From Peribolospora baueri (Eukaryota), in contig JAMDHS010000004.1 of assembly GCA_029717555.1 (NCBI GenBank), forward strand, positions 1-64,000: a stretch of 64,000 nucleotides of DNA. The letters are read 5' to 3'. Shown here one piece after another: positions 1 through 12,074 of this stretch. The notes under the pieces are model-generated. The model did not search any database. It worked only from the letters and a program-made list of their open reading frames with translations, and was not told the origin of the DNA. The position numbers and the translations under genes are program-made. Position 1 is the first letter of the stretch. Each line of letters begins with the position of its first letter.

Positions 1-70
<70 letters not shown>
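1..70. repeat. Poly(A) homopolymer of at least 70 nt at the window edge (poly-T inside an intron of the minus-strand NUFIP1-like gene)
   Basis: 70 consecutive A. A minus-strand donor GTGAGT lies at about 145, so the run falls within an intron. Confidence 0.9.
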
Positions 71-73
<3 letters not shown>

Positions 74-145
74 TGATGAGGATCCAGGTCAGGAAAAAAA
101 AAGGGAACCCAAGAAGGACCCGCTGGTCGTCGGCAGACAACTCAC

Positions 146-2036
146 GTCGGCGTGCTCGAACCGACAGCTATCGCCGCTTTTGCATCGTCCCATTCGCCAC
201 CACTTGCAAGTGATCCTTTGGCCTCGCCGAGTCTCGGTGCCTCCCTCGTCACGAGAGCGTGCTCCTGCTCCGTCGTCCCCCTCGTCGTTTTCCACTTCTT
301 CTCCTTCAGAGCCGCCGTGGCCCTCTAACGCGGCCGCCAGAGCTTGCTTCGCGCTGGAACCTAGCGGGAGCACATTCGAGGCTGCGGAGGCGGGTGGCCT
401 GCTCGACAGAGCTTCAGGCCCATCCAGGGCTGAGGAGGATGAGGAGGAGGTCGATTCCGCGTCCGAGTCCGAACTCGAGTCGTTTGAATCGGATGAGGAC
501 GTCGACTCCGATTCGTCCGACGAAGCCGACGATGTGTCAGAGTAGGCGATGCCGAGGACGTTCACCTTCGTCTTGACAGCTTCACTGGGAGGGGCCGCTT
601 TCCGATTCCGCTTCGACCGCTCTTGGTCCTCCCGCGTCGACGCCTCATCCGGACGCCTCCTTTTCGCATCTCTTCTGTCACCCGCATCCGCCCTGCCCCC
701 TCTGCCTCGATCCCGTCCTCCTCTACCGCCGCGGGTGTCGTCGTAACCCCGCCTGCGTCCGCGCCCACGTTGAGAAGTCGATATGGCATTGGAGCCGTCA
801 AGCTCTCCTCGAGCGATGTGCTCTTGTCGGGCATTTTCCTGCGGCAAAGAACAGGACGATCGGTACATGAAAAGAGTGAGACCAGGCTACTGCGCAGTCC
901 TCAGGCACGATTCGAAGAAAAAGAAACAAACCTTCTCCGCTACCACCTTTGCGGAAGGCCACCTCTTCTTCCGTTCTGCAATCCACCGCGCGATGTCTTC
1001 AGGGGAATCCAGTTTGACCGACGTCCCCTGGATCCTTGCTCTGTGCAAAGGAGAGCGACGGATCACGATCAGCACCAAGCCGTCTTCGTCGACAGCGAAG
1101 CAGAGTACCGTAACGAGCGGCCCGCGCCTCACCCAGGCGGACCATCAAGCTTTGAATGCTTTTCATGCCAGCCTTCAGGGTAGATGAGGTGTCGATCCAT
1201 GCGATGGATCCGCAGGTCTCTGGTGGAAAACGTCGAGTAGGTGCAGTTCTCGTAGTCACACTTCAAATGTCTATGACGAGCGTCAAAAAAAGCGTCAATA
1301 AAAAGTTGCCATCTGCGCTGGCAAAGTTGATCGAATCGTGAACGCCAGACCGCCCTTCGACCCACCCTGCCGAAGGCGGTGCAAAGCCCCTCGCGGGGCC
1401 CGAGCTCCTGCCGCCTCTTCCGCCTCTGTTGCCCGGTAAGCGAAGTGCTGCTCCTCTTCGATCATAATCTCCATCGGCTTTGAAATTCCATGCCGTCTCG
1501 CTGATTCCGTAACCCTGCTCGTTCACCCTCTGCTGAGGTTGCAAAAGTTGGCCGTGGGGAGGAGATGTGTACGGGTAGTACGAAGAGAGCTGTGGGACCT
1601 GCCCCTTCCCCTGCCCCGGTCCGTTCGCCGTCCACGGGTAAGAAGAAGAAGGACCATCAAAGACGACGAAGGACGGTGGGTGCGATGGTGGCGGCCGGTT
1701 TGGGAAAGCGCTCGGAGCAGGGAAAGCTGGATAGGCGGGTCCGGGCGCATAAGCGGATGATGATGGGTATGGCGCGCCTCCGACGGCAGCATGTCCGTAG
1801 CCATGCCCATGCCATCCTTGCTGACCGGCGTAGGTCACCATGCCCTGCGTCGTCGTCGAAGGGTGTCCGAGTGCGCCGGTGGCCGCTTGCGCAGCGAGCG
1901 CGCCGAGCTGGACGAGGTTTGGCTGCACACCGACACCGTGGCTGGGGCGGACGGAGGAGGTTCGTGGTCCCATCTGGCCGCTGCCGTCGTTCGAAGCGGG
2001 CACAGAAACGTCCTGAGGCGGACGTGCGGGCCCCAT
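146..2036 (-). CDS. NUFIP1: NUFIP1/Rsa1-like box C/D snoRNP assembly factor with C2H2 and CCCH zinc fingers; multi-exon, 3' end outside the window
   Basis: NUFIP1-type motif IQGTSVKLDSPEDIARWIAERKKRWPSAKVVAEK (about 930-1035); C2H2-like CDYENC...HRMDRH (about 1185-1260); CCCH finger CKWWRMGRCKSGDSCRFEH (about 152-208); GT-AG introns link these frames; ATG at 2036. Confidence 0.8.
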
Positions 2037-2599
2037 CGTGCGAGGCGCGAGCGGGGAGAGCTGCGACTTGATAGACGGCGTTCGTCTTCGTCCTTGTCGT
2101 CGTCCTCTTCCTCGTCGACGATCACGGCAAGTTCCCGTCGTCCGCACCGATCGGCCCGAAAACACTGCGGCGCCTCGACTGCGGAAGGGAAGGCAGTCTG
2201 GGCACCGTCCATTCGTCCACACGAGCGCGACAAAAGGCGATGGGGCGTTCGGGAAGTGGAACCCATTTCAAACTCGCTCGACGTCGATATCGAAAGAGAT
2301 GCATTCGTATGGAGCAGGTGCGGTGCCCAGAGCAGGATGAGACGCGCAAGACGAATTTGACAAGCAACGGACGAGAAGAAAAGGAAGGGCCGAGCTGAGA
2401 GGGATGCGCATAAGAAAGGGAAAGAAGCGAGTGGGGGGAAGAAGGAAGGAGTCTTCGATGGTGATACAAATACAAGATACAAGTGCAGAGGGTTAAAGGA
2501 GAAGAGAGCTCGCAAGTCCCTCCCTCCCGTGAATCACCTATGACCCTCCTTCCACCCACGCGCATGCCGCGCGCGACCGACGCCAAGCCAAGGTCAAAG

Positions 2600-3379
2600 T
2601 CAAGGTGCGCTCTCCGTCGGAGCGCAAGCCACGTTGATGCAACCTCCCTGGTCCGCACTCTTCCCCAAGCCTGTGCAGTCGAACAGGCCGAGACAGCACT
2701 GCGTCTGCTCCCTCGCCGACGCCGCCGCCGCGGTCGCCGAGGACGCAGCGGCGGAGAGGGCCGCGCCGACGGCGTCCGCGGGCGGAACCTGACCTGCTGC
2801 CGGTGCGATGCCAGTTCCGGGTACGAGACCGGCGACCATTGTCATGTCCCCACGACCGCCTCGTCCCTGCGCCTGCGCCTGCGCCTGCGCCTGCCCCCGT
2901 CCTAGCTCCTGCTCCTGCCCCTGTCCCGAACCCCTTCCGATCGGGCTCTCCCCCGGCGTATGTGGCGTATGTGGTGTGTGCGGTGTATGCGGCGTATGCG
3001 GAGAAAGTGCGGTCGCCGCCGCGTGGAACACCCCGGACACGCTTCCTCCGATCGGGCTCGCGCTCAGGGACGAAGAGGCAGAGGGCGGCAACGGAGAGGA
3101 CACTTGAGCGGCGCCATGGCCGGCGGCCGGGGACGAGGAGAGCCCTTCGAAGCCCTGCATGGCTGCCATGGCGAGCACGTCGAAGCTGTTCCCTGGTCCG
3201 GCGTCGCCGGGGGAGATGGGCACCGGTGTCGAGTTGGCCGACGGCACTTGTACCGTCAGCCGAGGCAGCTGTGGAACGCCCGTCGGCTGTCCGGGCGCTG
3301 AAGTCGAAGCCTGTAGGGGGAAGCTTTGACTGATGGCTGGACTCGGAAGGTGCAACTGCGGAATCACTTGTTGAAGACG

Positions 3380-3447
<68 letters not shown>

Positions 3448-5352
3448 GCTGCTGCTGCTGCTGCTGCTGTTGTTGTTGGTGTTGTTGGTGTTGGTGTTGC
3501 AGCTGCTGCAGTTGCTGCTGCCGCTGCTGTAGTTGCTGCTGCCGCTGCTGTAGTTGCTGCTGTCTCCTCGCAGCGGCCAGCTGCTCGTGACCGACGATCG
3601 CTCGGCCATGCCTCTGCGTGTCATTCGCGTCCATGCCCAATAAGCTCGCCGGCGTAGGCGTCGAAAAGTTCCTTGCTTGCATCACCGACACGGGCAACGC
3701 TGCCAACGAGGAGAGCTGCTGTTGGGCGTCGCGAAGGGCTAGCAAACCCTCCTGAGCGGTGGAGAAAAGGCCCATGGATGAGACGTGCTGGGGCGTGTGT
3801 TGTTGTTGCTGCAGCGATTGAAGCTGCTGCTGCTGCTGCTGCTGCTGCCGCGCTCCCGTTCCATCATCCATGCCGGGGGAGGCAGCAGAGAAAGGGGAGG
3901 CGGGCGACAGGACCATACCGGGTGTCGGGTGGTTCGGACTTGAATGATCGCGCTCCGGGGTGCGAGGGTCCGCGACCTGATGAGGTCGCATTGAGTGGGG
4001 CGAGCGAGCGTCAGGAGCGGCGCCGGCTTCCAAGGTGTCGCAATCCACCCAACCCCCACAGCAGAGCATGTTCTTCCCCTGCTCTTGACCCGTCTGCGGC
4101 GTCGGCCCCCTGACGCCGGGGCTCTGCTCCCCCGTCCCTCCACCGCTGTGGAAGGAAGAGGGCGAAAAGGAAGCGGAGGAAATGGATGACGGCGAGGCGG
4201 CCAACTCGTTCTGCCTTGATCCGAGGACGACGTCAGGGACCTCGAGGAGAGAGCTCGAGCTGATGCTCGACCGGGCTCGCTTGTGGCGGTGGACGAACGC
4301 GCCGGACGAATCGGGAAAAGAGGGTCTGACGCCGGCGTTGGTCGCAAAGGCCGTGTCGACTCGCAAAGTCGGTGGCGGGCCGGGAGTGACGGGACGGGCG
4401 GGCGAGCTATGGCCACTGTGTAGCGGATCAGTCAACGACACCGATCTTTGGGTCCGCGTTATCGGCGGAGCGTTGAATAGCGTCGGGTAAAGGAAGGAAG
4501 GCTGATAGGGCGGAGCATGGGAGGTAGCGACGTGTCCGCTCATGCTTACGCTCGAAAAGGGATTGGCAACGGTCTGCTGAGGAGGAGCACGGTCGGACGA
4601 GCCGGGAACCGAACCGCCACCGACCATGCCCGCGTCTTGAGGGGCCGAGTGTGGCCGAGAAGTTTGAGTAGGCTGCATGGCCGTCGAGAGTTGGCGTGCA
4701 TCCCCGTGGAGTGAAGGTCCGGAGGCGCCCTCGGCGGTCCTAGCCTGGAAGAAGTTGAACAACGCGGTTAGGCTATTTAGGGACGACTGAATCTGTGTCG
4801 TCGTCTCGGCCTGAAGAGGAAAAGAGAGCGCGGGCGGCGCATTCGACTTGCGTCAGCATTCCCTCATAATCGACTCGACTTGGGCCAGGCGCAGAATGCG
4901 GATGGCCCGTTCCATCCTTGAACCGGCGTCGCGTCGCATTATGGACTTAATGCACCAGCCGCGCCATCACTGGCAGGGCGACTTACCAGGTTGGCCCACA
5001 TTTGCCCGCCACCACAAACGCAACGATTCGAGATGGCCTGCCTCGTCGGGTCACCGCGCTGGCTGTCACCGTCGTCGCCATCAGGTTCTTCCGTCTCCGT
5101 CGCCTTCCTCTTGCCTTTATATACGCCTTTGCCCTTTTGCGAGCTGGACGGGTCGGAATCGCCTCCGCCATCGTCATCGGCTCCCTCTCTCTCACCCAGA
5201 CGTTCCCTGAGCTCTTTGTTGGCCGCCTCGAGCTGCTCAACCTTCTCCTCCAGGCTCTTGAGATATTCCGCCTTGCGCGTCCGGTAGCTGCGCTGATTGA
5301 TGAGCGAGCGGGACAGCGGCAAGGTCGGGTCTTTGCGCCGTCCACGAACCAT
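2600..5352 (-). CDS. bZIP transcription factor (Yap/HapX-like) with a polyQ tract and two CCxGxxDC motifs; 2 exons (5352-4987, 4810-2600)
   Basis: Basic region and zipper QRSYRTRKAEYLKSLEEKVEQLEAANKELRERL; phase-0 intron GTAAGT (4986) to CAG (4811) joins it in frame to the 720-aa ORF. Confidence 0.8.
3380..3560 (-). repeat. (CAA)n/(CAG)n coding microsatellite giving a polyglutamine tract of about 30 residues plus QQRQQQL repeats
   Basis: Long (TTG)n/(CTG)n run on the plus strand, inside the bZIP ORF. Confidence 0.95.
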
Positions 5353-7350
5353 TTCGCGTCACGAGAGAGCAAAGGAGCTGCCAGCTTGCTGGTCGACGGC
5401 GGCCGTCAGCTTGGCTGAGGCGCCAGTGATGAGAGCCAACGGTCGGGCGTTCGTCACAGAACGGAGGCGAGGCCGCTCTACTCCAAAATGCCGTCGAGAT
5501 GCGTCGTAGCGAAGCCAGACGACGACGGCGCCGGCAAAAATGACTCAGCCAATGGACGCGTTTGGGGATCGCGGCGTCGCTCGCGGAAATACGACGAGGC
5601 GGCGCGACGGCGAGCGAATCTGGGGTGTCGAAATGAGAGAGGGGGAAAGGTTGCGGGGTGTCGGTCAGGAAAGAGAGACGAAATGCGAAAAAGGCGACGC
5701 GCGGAAGGCTCAAGCACGGACCTGAAAGAGAATGCGACGAAAGAGCGCAGGCGGACCGTCGATCCCGGACGCCGCCGAAAGCGACCGTGGCGTACGAACG
5801 AAAGGGTGCGCAAATTACTTGCAGTCGAGATGCGGACGGTCTTCTCTAGCCGCCGGCCTTGGCCTTTGCGGTGAGAGATGGAGAGATGGTACGATACCGC
5901 CTTGTCCGCCAGCCGGAGAGACGAAGACACAGCAACGCGGTCGACGTCGGTCCACTGCGGTCGTATGCGGAACGCACAGGGCCAGCTGAACGGAAGGGCT
6001 CGGTCGTGGAACCTTACGTCGACCGTCGGATCGCGCTGAATGGAGAGCTCGATTAGCGTGCTGCTGAGCGAGCGGCCCCTGCGCACTGTGCACTCCCTTG
6101 ACACAGTCTGGTCTGGTCTGGTCTGGCCTGGTCGGACTTGGTGGGTGAGCTGGCCAGCGATGAGGCGGGCGACGGTAGCGTCGATCCGGCAGACTTGACG
6201 GTCGGACGCCTGCCGGGTCGAGCAGAGTGCGAGAAGGAAAGCGAGGGCAAAGAAAGCGTCAGGACTAGCGGACGTTATCGTTGGCGTAAGGTGCTGCGCC
6301 TCTTCCGAAGACGCCCGGCAAGGAGAAGTGCGGGCGAGGAGAGACGAAGAAAAGTTGAACTTGAAAACGGCTAAACGGAGGCGGAGCCTAGGGCGACAGC
6401 GTGGCAGAAGGGATCGACGGGTGCCTGTCCGTCACTGGTGCTGGGGGCGTGGGGGAAGGAAGGCGCTCAGAGCGACGGGCGTGCGCCTATCTGCCTGGTC
6501 TTTCTGGGTGCGATCGCGAGCGAGGTGTGGTCCGCCGTGTCTTGGTGGGAAGGGTGGGAAGGAAGAAAGCGGGTGCGACGGGAGTGGAGAGCGCGGGCGG
6601 GTCTAGGAGGCTGGGGCGTCCAGCTTGGCGGGTTGGTGATCGTCGTGTCGTCCAGAGCAGACGTCTGTCCGTCTGTCGTGCTCGGTCCGGCAGAGGAGGT
6701 GTGCGAATTCATCCATCCCTCCATCCACACATACACATGGGAGATGGGAGGTGGGAGGTGGGAGGTGGAAGAAGGGAGAAGGAAGATGGGCCTCCGCCGC
6801 CGTCGCCCGTTCTGTCTTCGAAGGCTTGGCGTTCATCGACCCGGCTCCGGGGTTGCGCGATCGCGGGCCAAGGAACTGCCTGCCCTTCCCGACGCCCGCC
6901 GGGCTGACGAGGTATGTCGAGGGAAGGGTTAGAGAAAGAGTGAGAGAAACTTCTGCTTGCACCGCCTCGTCCTTTCATCCTTATCCTTCCTTCCTTCTTT
7001 CTTTCCTCGTCCACGTCTTCCTCCAGCCTTGGCGCGCCCATACCCGCACCCGGCCCGGCGCACGTGCCACCAATTCCCCGTCATGCATAATAATATCAAA
7101 TTCGTGCGCGTGCCGCAGCCGTCGCCGTGTTTGAAATGGCTGTCTTCCCATTGGACGACGGACGAGGTGAGAAGGGCCGACTCGAGCGCGGACCAATTTG
7201 GCTGCCCCTCCACGTTGATTAGCCTCGTATCGAGGGAGGAGCGAGGCAGCTTCTCATCCGACCCGGCTCGGCATATGAACCAAACGTCCAATCGCAATGA
7301 AACGGCATGAACGAAATGGAACGAAAAGAAATGAAGTGGATGTTCCTCGG

Positions 7351-8712
7351 TCATTGCTCTTCCTCCGTGTCAGACCCCGACTCCCTCTCTTCCCCCTCTC
7401 CTGCCGCCGCTGTCAGCAGCACGCGCCGTCTCTTCCTCGCCGGCAGACGCTGTAGACGCTGTGGCTGTGGCGAGTGGGAGACGACTGCCGGACTTCGTTC
7501 CCCTCCCCGTTCCCGTTCCCGTTCCATCGACGACGACGGCCGGACGCCAGAGAGGGGGGGCGAGGACGAGGATGAGGACAAGGACGGGAGACGCTCCAGC
7601 CGCGCTGACATCGTGTGCACTACCGGTACAAGGTCGCTCAGCGCAGACAAACTCCTCACCACCTCAAGAATTTCCGCTTGTCCAGCGGCGAGGCTGACCA
7701 GTTGCTGAGCGATCCGGTTTCGGAGCATGCATCGAATCGAGTCGAGTTGTGCTTGTCAGCTCGGTACAGCGAACTGACCTGATCCCCTCGCATATGTGCA
7801 CACCCTTCTTCCACGAGGCTGCCATCCTCCTCGCTCACCTTCCTGTCTTCCGAGAGCGCCCGCATCGTCTTATCCCATCTCTCCCCCATCGCCTCGAGGT
7901 GCTCCTGCATCGCCTCCATCTCGCTCATGACCGTCCTAGAGTTCGCCTCCAGAGCCGCCTTCAGCTCTTCTTCCGCCGCGCTGACCAGGCGAGCATGACC
8001 CTTGTTTACTGCGCATAGCCGCCGTTCCGATCCCGTTCGAGGAAAAAAGGGGAAGCGGGAGATGACAGAAGTGCGTGAGCGAGGCAGAGCGTAGTCTGTG
8101 TGCCTCCGAATCGGACTCACCTGCCTCCCCAATCTCCCTCCGGCTTTCCGCCCTCTCCTCCGCCAATCCTTCGTTGATCTTTTCCAGCGCCCGCCCCGTC
8201 GCCTCCATCTTTCCCCCAAGCTCCGTCACCCGCTCTACCAAGTCTTGAACGGCCTTGCGCGTCTCCTCGATCACCGCACGCCCGTCCGCCTCTGCCGCTG
8301 CCGCTACAGCCGCCGCTCGCTCCGTCGGCGCCGAAGCGATCGCTGGGAAACCCGGAGGCCTAAGCTCGACGGAAAGGGGCGGCGGTGGCATTCCTCCCGG
8401 CGGATGGAACGGTGGGGGGCCGAAGGGTAGGTGGGGTTCGAAAGGGCCCGAGGGAGGCCCGATGAAGCAGCTTGGCGGTGGCGTGTGCCCGAGGAGGTTC
8501 AAGAGGTGTTGGACGGAACGGTAGAGCGGCGTCGGCGGCGGCGGGTTTGGAGCGAAAGACGGCGTCGTGCTTTGCTGGATCTGGAACGGTGGTCCGGCTT
8601 GCAGCATGGGAAGAGGGGGTTCGGGGTGGGGAGCCAAGCTGGAAGAGATGGCAGGGAGGAAGTGATTGGATGGCAAGGGCGTCGAGCTCGGAAGAACGGG
8701 CGGCATGCTCAT
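7351..8712 (-). CDS. Hypothetical multi-exon protein with a Pro-rich N-terminus and a long coiled coil
   Basis: Successive minus-strand ORFs with heptad-like composition (IEETRKAVQDLVERVTELGGKMEA; EELKAALEANSRTVMSEMEAMQEHLEAM; QQLVSLAAGQAEILEVVRSL) separated by probable GT-AG introns. Confidence 0.55.
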
Positions 8713-8876
8713 CGTCGTCGTCGTCGGCGGCGGTGGTGGGTGAGGAGAAAGGAGAAGGAAGGATGAAGAGGCTCGCGGGTCGGTCGAAAATCAGACACGC
8801 GTCGAATGTCACGCATACAACGACTAGCTATTCATACAAAACCACCACAGCACAGCCGTCCCTCTCAGACACCTCA

Positions 8877-11638
8877 CTACCCCTTCACCCTAGTACCGTT
8901 CGCCAGCGCTCTCAACTTGGCCAACTCTACCTCCCCCCGCCTTCGCTTCCGGCGCTCGTCCGCCTCCGCCTCCGCCTCCAGGTCCTCGATCGCCATGCGC
9001 AGCTCGCGCTCTTGCGCTGACAGATTCGCCAACGCGGCGTTCTGGAAAGGAGGACAGGAGACAAGGACGATCGATGAGCGAGCCGCTGCGGATGGCGCAG
9101 CCGTCCGGCTGACTGAAAGGAAACGAGGATCGAAAACGCAAGACACCGAATCGGACGCACCTTGATCTCCTTTTCCGTCTCAAACTCTGCCCCTCTGACC
9201 ATCTCCCACCCAGCATGTCGCCCGCACCTCCTCCGGCCGACCCCGCAAACGATCGTCTCGCTTTCACCACCGCCGCTCCCGCCAGCCAGATCGCCGGTCG
9301 GAGCATGACTGGCTGGTGCGCCGTTCGCACCTGCCGCTCCGTCCGCGGTGACAGGAGGTGGAGGAGGGTCGATGCGACCGTCCAAGTCGACAGAACCCCG
9401 CAAGATGGCTTTTCCCTTCTCACTCTCCGCCCACTCTTTGAGCTCGTCATCGTCCCAGGCGATCCGCGAGTCGAACCCGCACATGGCGTCCTTCCCACCG
9501 TTCGCCCCGCCGCCGTAGGCCTTGCTTTTCTTGCTCCCTCCGCTCGGCGCACTCGTCGAGGACGACACCACGGACGGCAAGGCGGCGCACCTGGCAGAGG
9601 CGAGCTCGAGCAGCCTGCTTCTCGCCAGGAGCGGGGCGAGCGAGGCGTCGAGCGCGGAACGCGAAGCCAACAAGCGCTTCAGGCCTGCGCGCTTCTCGGC
9701 GAGCTCCGCGAGAGCCGCAGAAGAGTGCGGGGCGACCCCGGCGTTACCGGGCGACGTCGGCGAGATGAAGCCGTTGCTCGTCGTGGGCGGCTTCCATCCC
9801 TCCTCCTCCTCCTCGTCACTGCCGATGATGAGTTTCCGCCATCTCCATCTACCGTCACCCGCACGACCGTTCCCGTCTTCCAATTCTGCCCCGCTCTCCC
9901 TACGCGCTCCTCCGGCATTCGCAGCCCAAACGACCCGCCCTTCCTTCTTCCTCGCCTCCCGTATCCGTTTGAGGCCCCACAATTTGTCGGGCTTGGCCTT
10001 GGATGTGCGGATGCGCTGCATGGCTACCAGGATGCCGCATCGCTCAGAACAGTACTTGGAAACGGGAGCTACGGGCATTCGACACCCTTCGCGCGCACAG
10101 GGCAGGCGCCAAGTCGTCTGTTCCTTAGTGACTGATGAAAGACGATCGGATCGTCCTTGAGTTAGTGCTTGCGCGGAGCGTGTACATGACTGAAAGCCAC
10201 GAACGATGGGATCTCACCTCGTTCACAATTGGGGCAGACATACATGTCAACGAGATCGCCATCTTCATCCCTCAGCCCGACGCAGGTGGTGTGGTACCAG
10301 GCGTCGCATTTGTCGCACGCGAGCATGATCATGCCCTGCGTTGAGCGCGCAAAAGGAAAGACAAAGTCAGAAAGGCACTTGTCGGAAGAGAGCACTACGG
10401 AAGAACTCACGTCGTCCAACTCGGAATCCTTCTTCTTGCAAAAGCAATGCACCTTTTCCTCCTCGTCCTCCTCCTTCGCACCATCCTCTTCCTCTCCCTC
10501 CTCTTCTGGCTCTTCCTCCTCCACCTTCTTCACGCTAGCGTTGGCTTTCGCTTTCTTCCCTTTCCCCTTGCTCTTCGCTGCTGGTGCCGTTCCCTCCTCA
10601 GACGCCGGACTTGCTCCGCTGACGTTCGATGCGGGCGTGGGCGTCCTCGTCTGTTCTCGAGATCGCGACGCCGCGCTTCCCCGCTTCGACACCGAGCCCG
10701 ATACCACTGGAGCCTTGCTCGCCTTTGCCTTCTTGCCCGCGATCGCGATCGGAAGAGTTCGAGCTGATGAAGCTGATGAAGAAGGTGGGGCGGGGACAGA
10801 GGCTGGAGTGGCCGAACGGGAGCGGGACGTCTTGTGAGTGTGGCCTGAGGTGTCATCAGCTGATGGAAGAGGCAACGACTAAGTGCGGAAATACAAAGAG
10901 CATGTCACTTGGGTGAGCCGACTTTAGGAAAGGGTAAAACGAGGCTCAAATGGCATGGCTCACCTCATGGTGCTGGTGCTCGTCGTGCCCGTCCGTGTCT
11001 CCGCCGCGGCCTGCTAGGTCGCTGCTGTCAGCGTGGTGCTCTGGCTCGCGCTCGCTCCGTCCAGCAGCTTCCGCCAAAAAGCTCAGTGCATCCATCCCTT
11101 GTGGGACGCCTTCCCGCGTCTGCTCCGCCACTACATCTCGCAGTGCTTCCGAATGACCATCTGAAGGGGGCGAGTTAGCCTGGGGAGGAACGGACGACAC
11201 CGGCGAACCGTCCCTCCGTCGCTTGATTCCGCTGTACCGAGTGCCATCGCCAGACAAAAATCCGTTTTGAGATGAATCCCCTTCCCGCTCTACCGACCCA
11301 CGGGCCACGACCTCGTCATCAGGGTCTCCATCCGCGTCCGCATCCGTATCCTCCATGTTCATGCCCTCAGCTCGGGCCTTTGACGCGTCCTTGCCGTCAT
11401 CACCAGGCCGAATCGCCAGCATGCCATCGACGGACATGTTCTGTTGAAACGGCGTGGAAGCTTGCAGAACCTCGGCGCTTGAGCGGTCCATCGTCACCAA
11501 GGGCCCCTGTTCCTCGTTCAGATCGCCGTCGGCGCCTTGTTCACGCGAGACGGAAAGGGGCGACGGCGCAACAACGCTGGGGAGAGGAGAAGTCAAGGGC
11601 GACTCGAGGGGGCGGAGCAAGGTGTTGAGGGGAGCCAT
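8877..11638 (-). CDS. SPP1: COMPASS/Set1C PHD-finger subunit Spp1/Cfp1; multi-exon
   Basis: PHD finger HCFCKK...MLACDKCDAWYHTTCVGL...YVCPNC; SKYCSERCG motif; C-terminal CGVGRRRCGRHAGWEMVR motif plus coiled coil. The first intron (10963-10879) is phase 0 and joins in frame. Confidence 0.85.
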
Positions 11639-12074
11639 CGGTCGCTCCCTTTCGCCCTCCGCGTCCGGTTTTTTTTGAGATCGAGGGTGGGACGACGAGC
11701 AAGCAAGCAGGGAGAGGGGAGCGCGACAAGGCACGTGGCGGCGACGTGCGACTGAGCCGGCTCTGTGGTAAAAGGGAATACAAACCCGCTATAAAGCCTT
11801 GCTATCCGGGCCCGGCCGCAGGGTTTTGAACTACGACCGCCCTCCGTCGTCACACACTCGCAGTCACATCGCCGTCGCCACCACTCACATCCCCCCGCGT
11901 TCGCCCCTCGCCCGTCTCGTACTCGTTCCCCTCATCCAAACAGCCCTCTCCTGGCCTCTGTGGCGTCGGCTTCCCTATAGTTTTGCCAGTCTTCCTCGCG
12001 CGCTCCATCGAAACAGCGATCCTCGCCCCAGTAGACACGGATACCCCCACTCCATCGGAACGGTCGCACCCGAC

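Noticed and set aside
1..70. Poly(A) as a retroposon tail or mRNA end
   Set aside because: It lies at the window edge inside a predicted intron and no element body is visible; it cannot be distinguished from a simple homopolymer or contig-end artefact.
5400..7300. Many overlapping 100-200 aa ORFs upstream of the bZIP gene
   Set aside because: Arg/Ser/Pro-rich shadow ORFs expected in GC-rich DNA, with no motifs; probably a long promoter or 5' UTR.
9215..10837. Long plus-strand ORFs opposite SPP1 (and similar antisense ORFs over the USP, MFS and SIZ1 genes)
   Set aside because: Antisense shadows of GC3-rich coding sequence.
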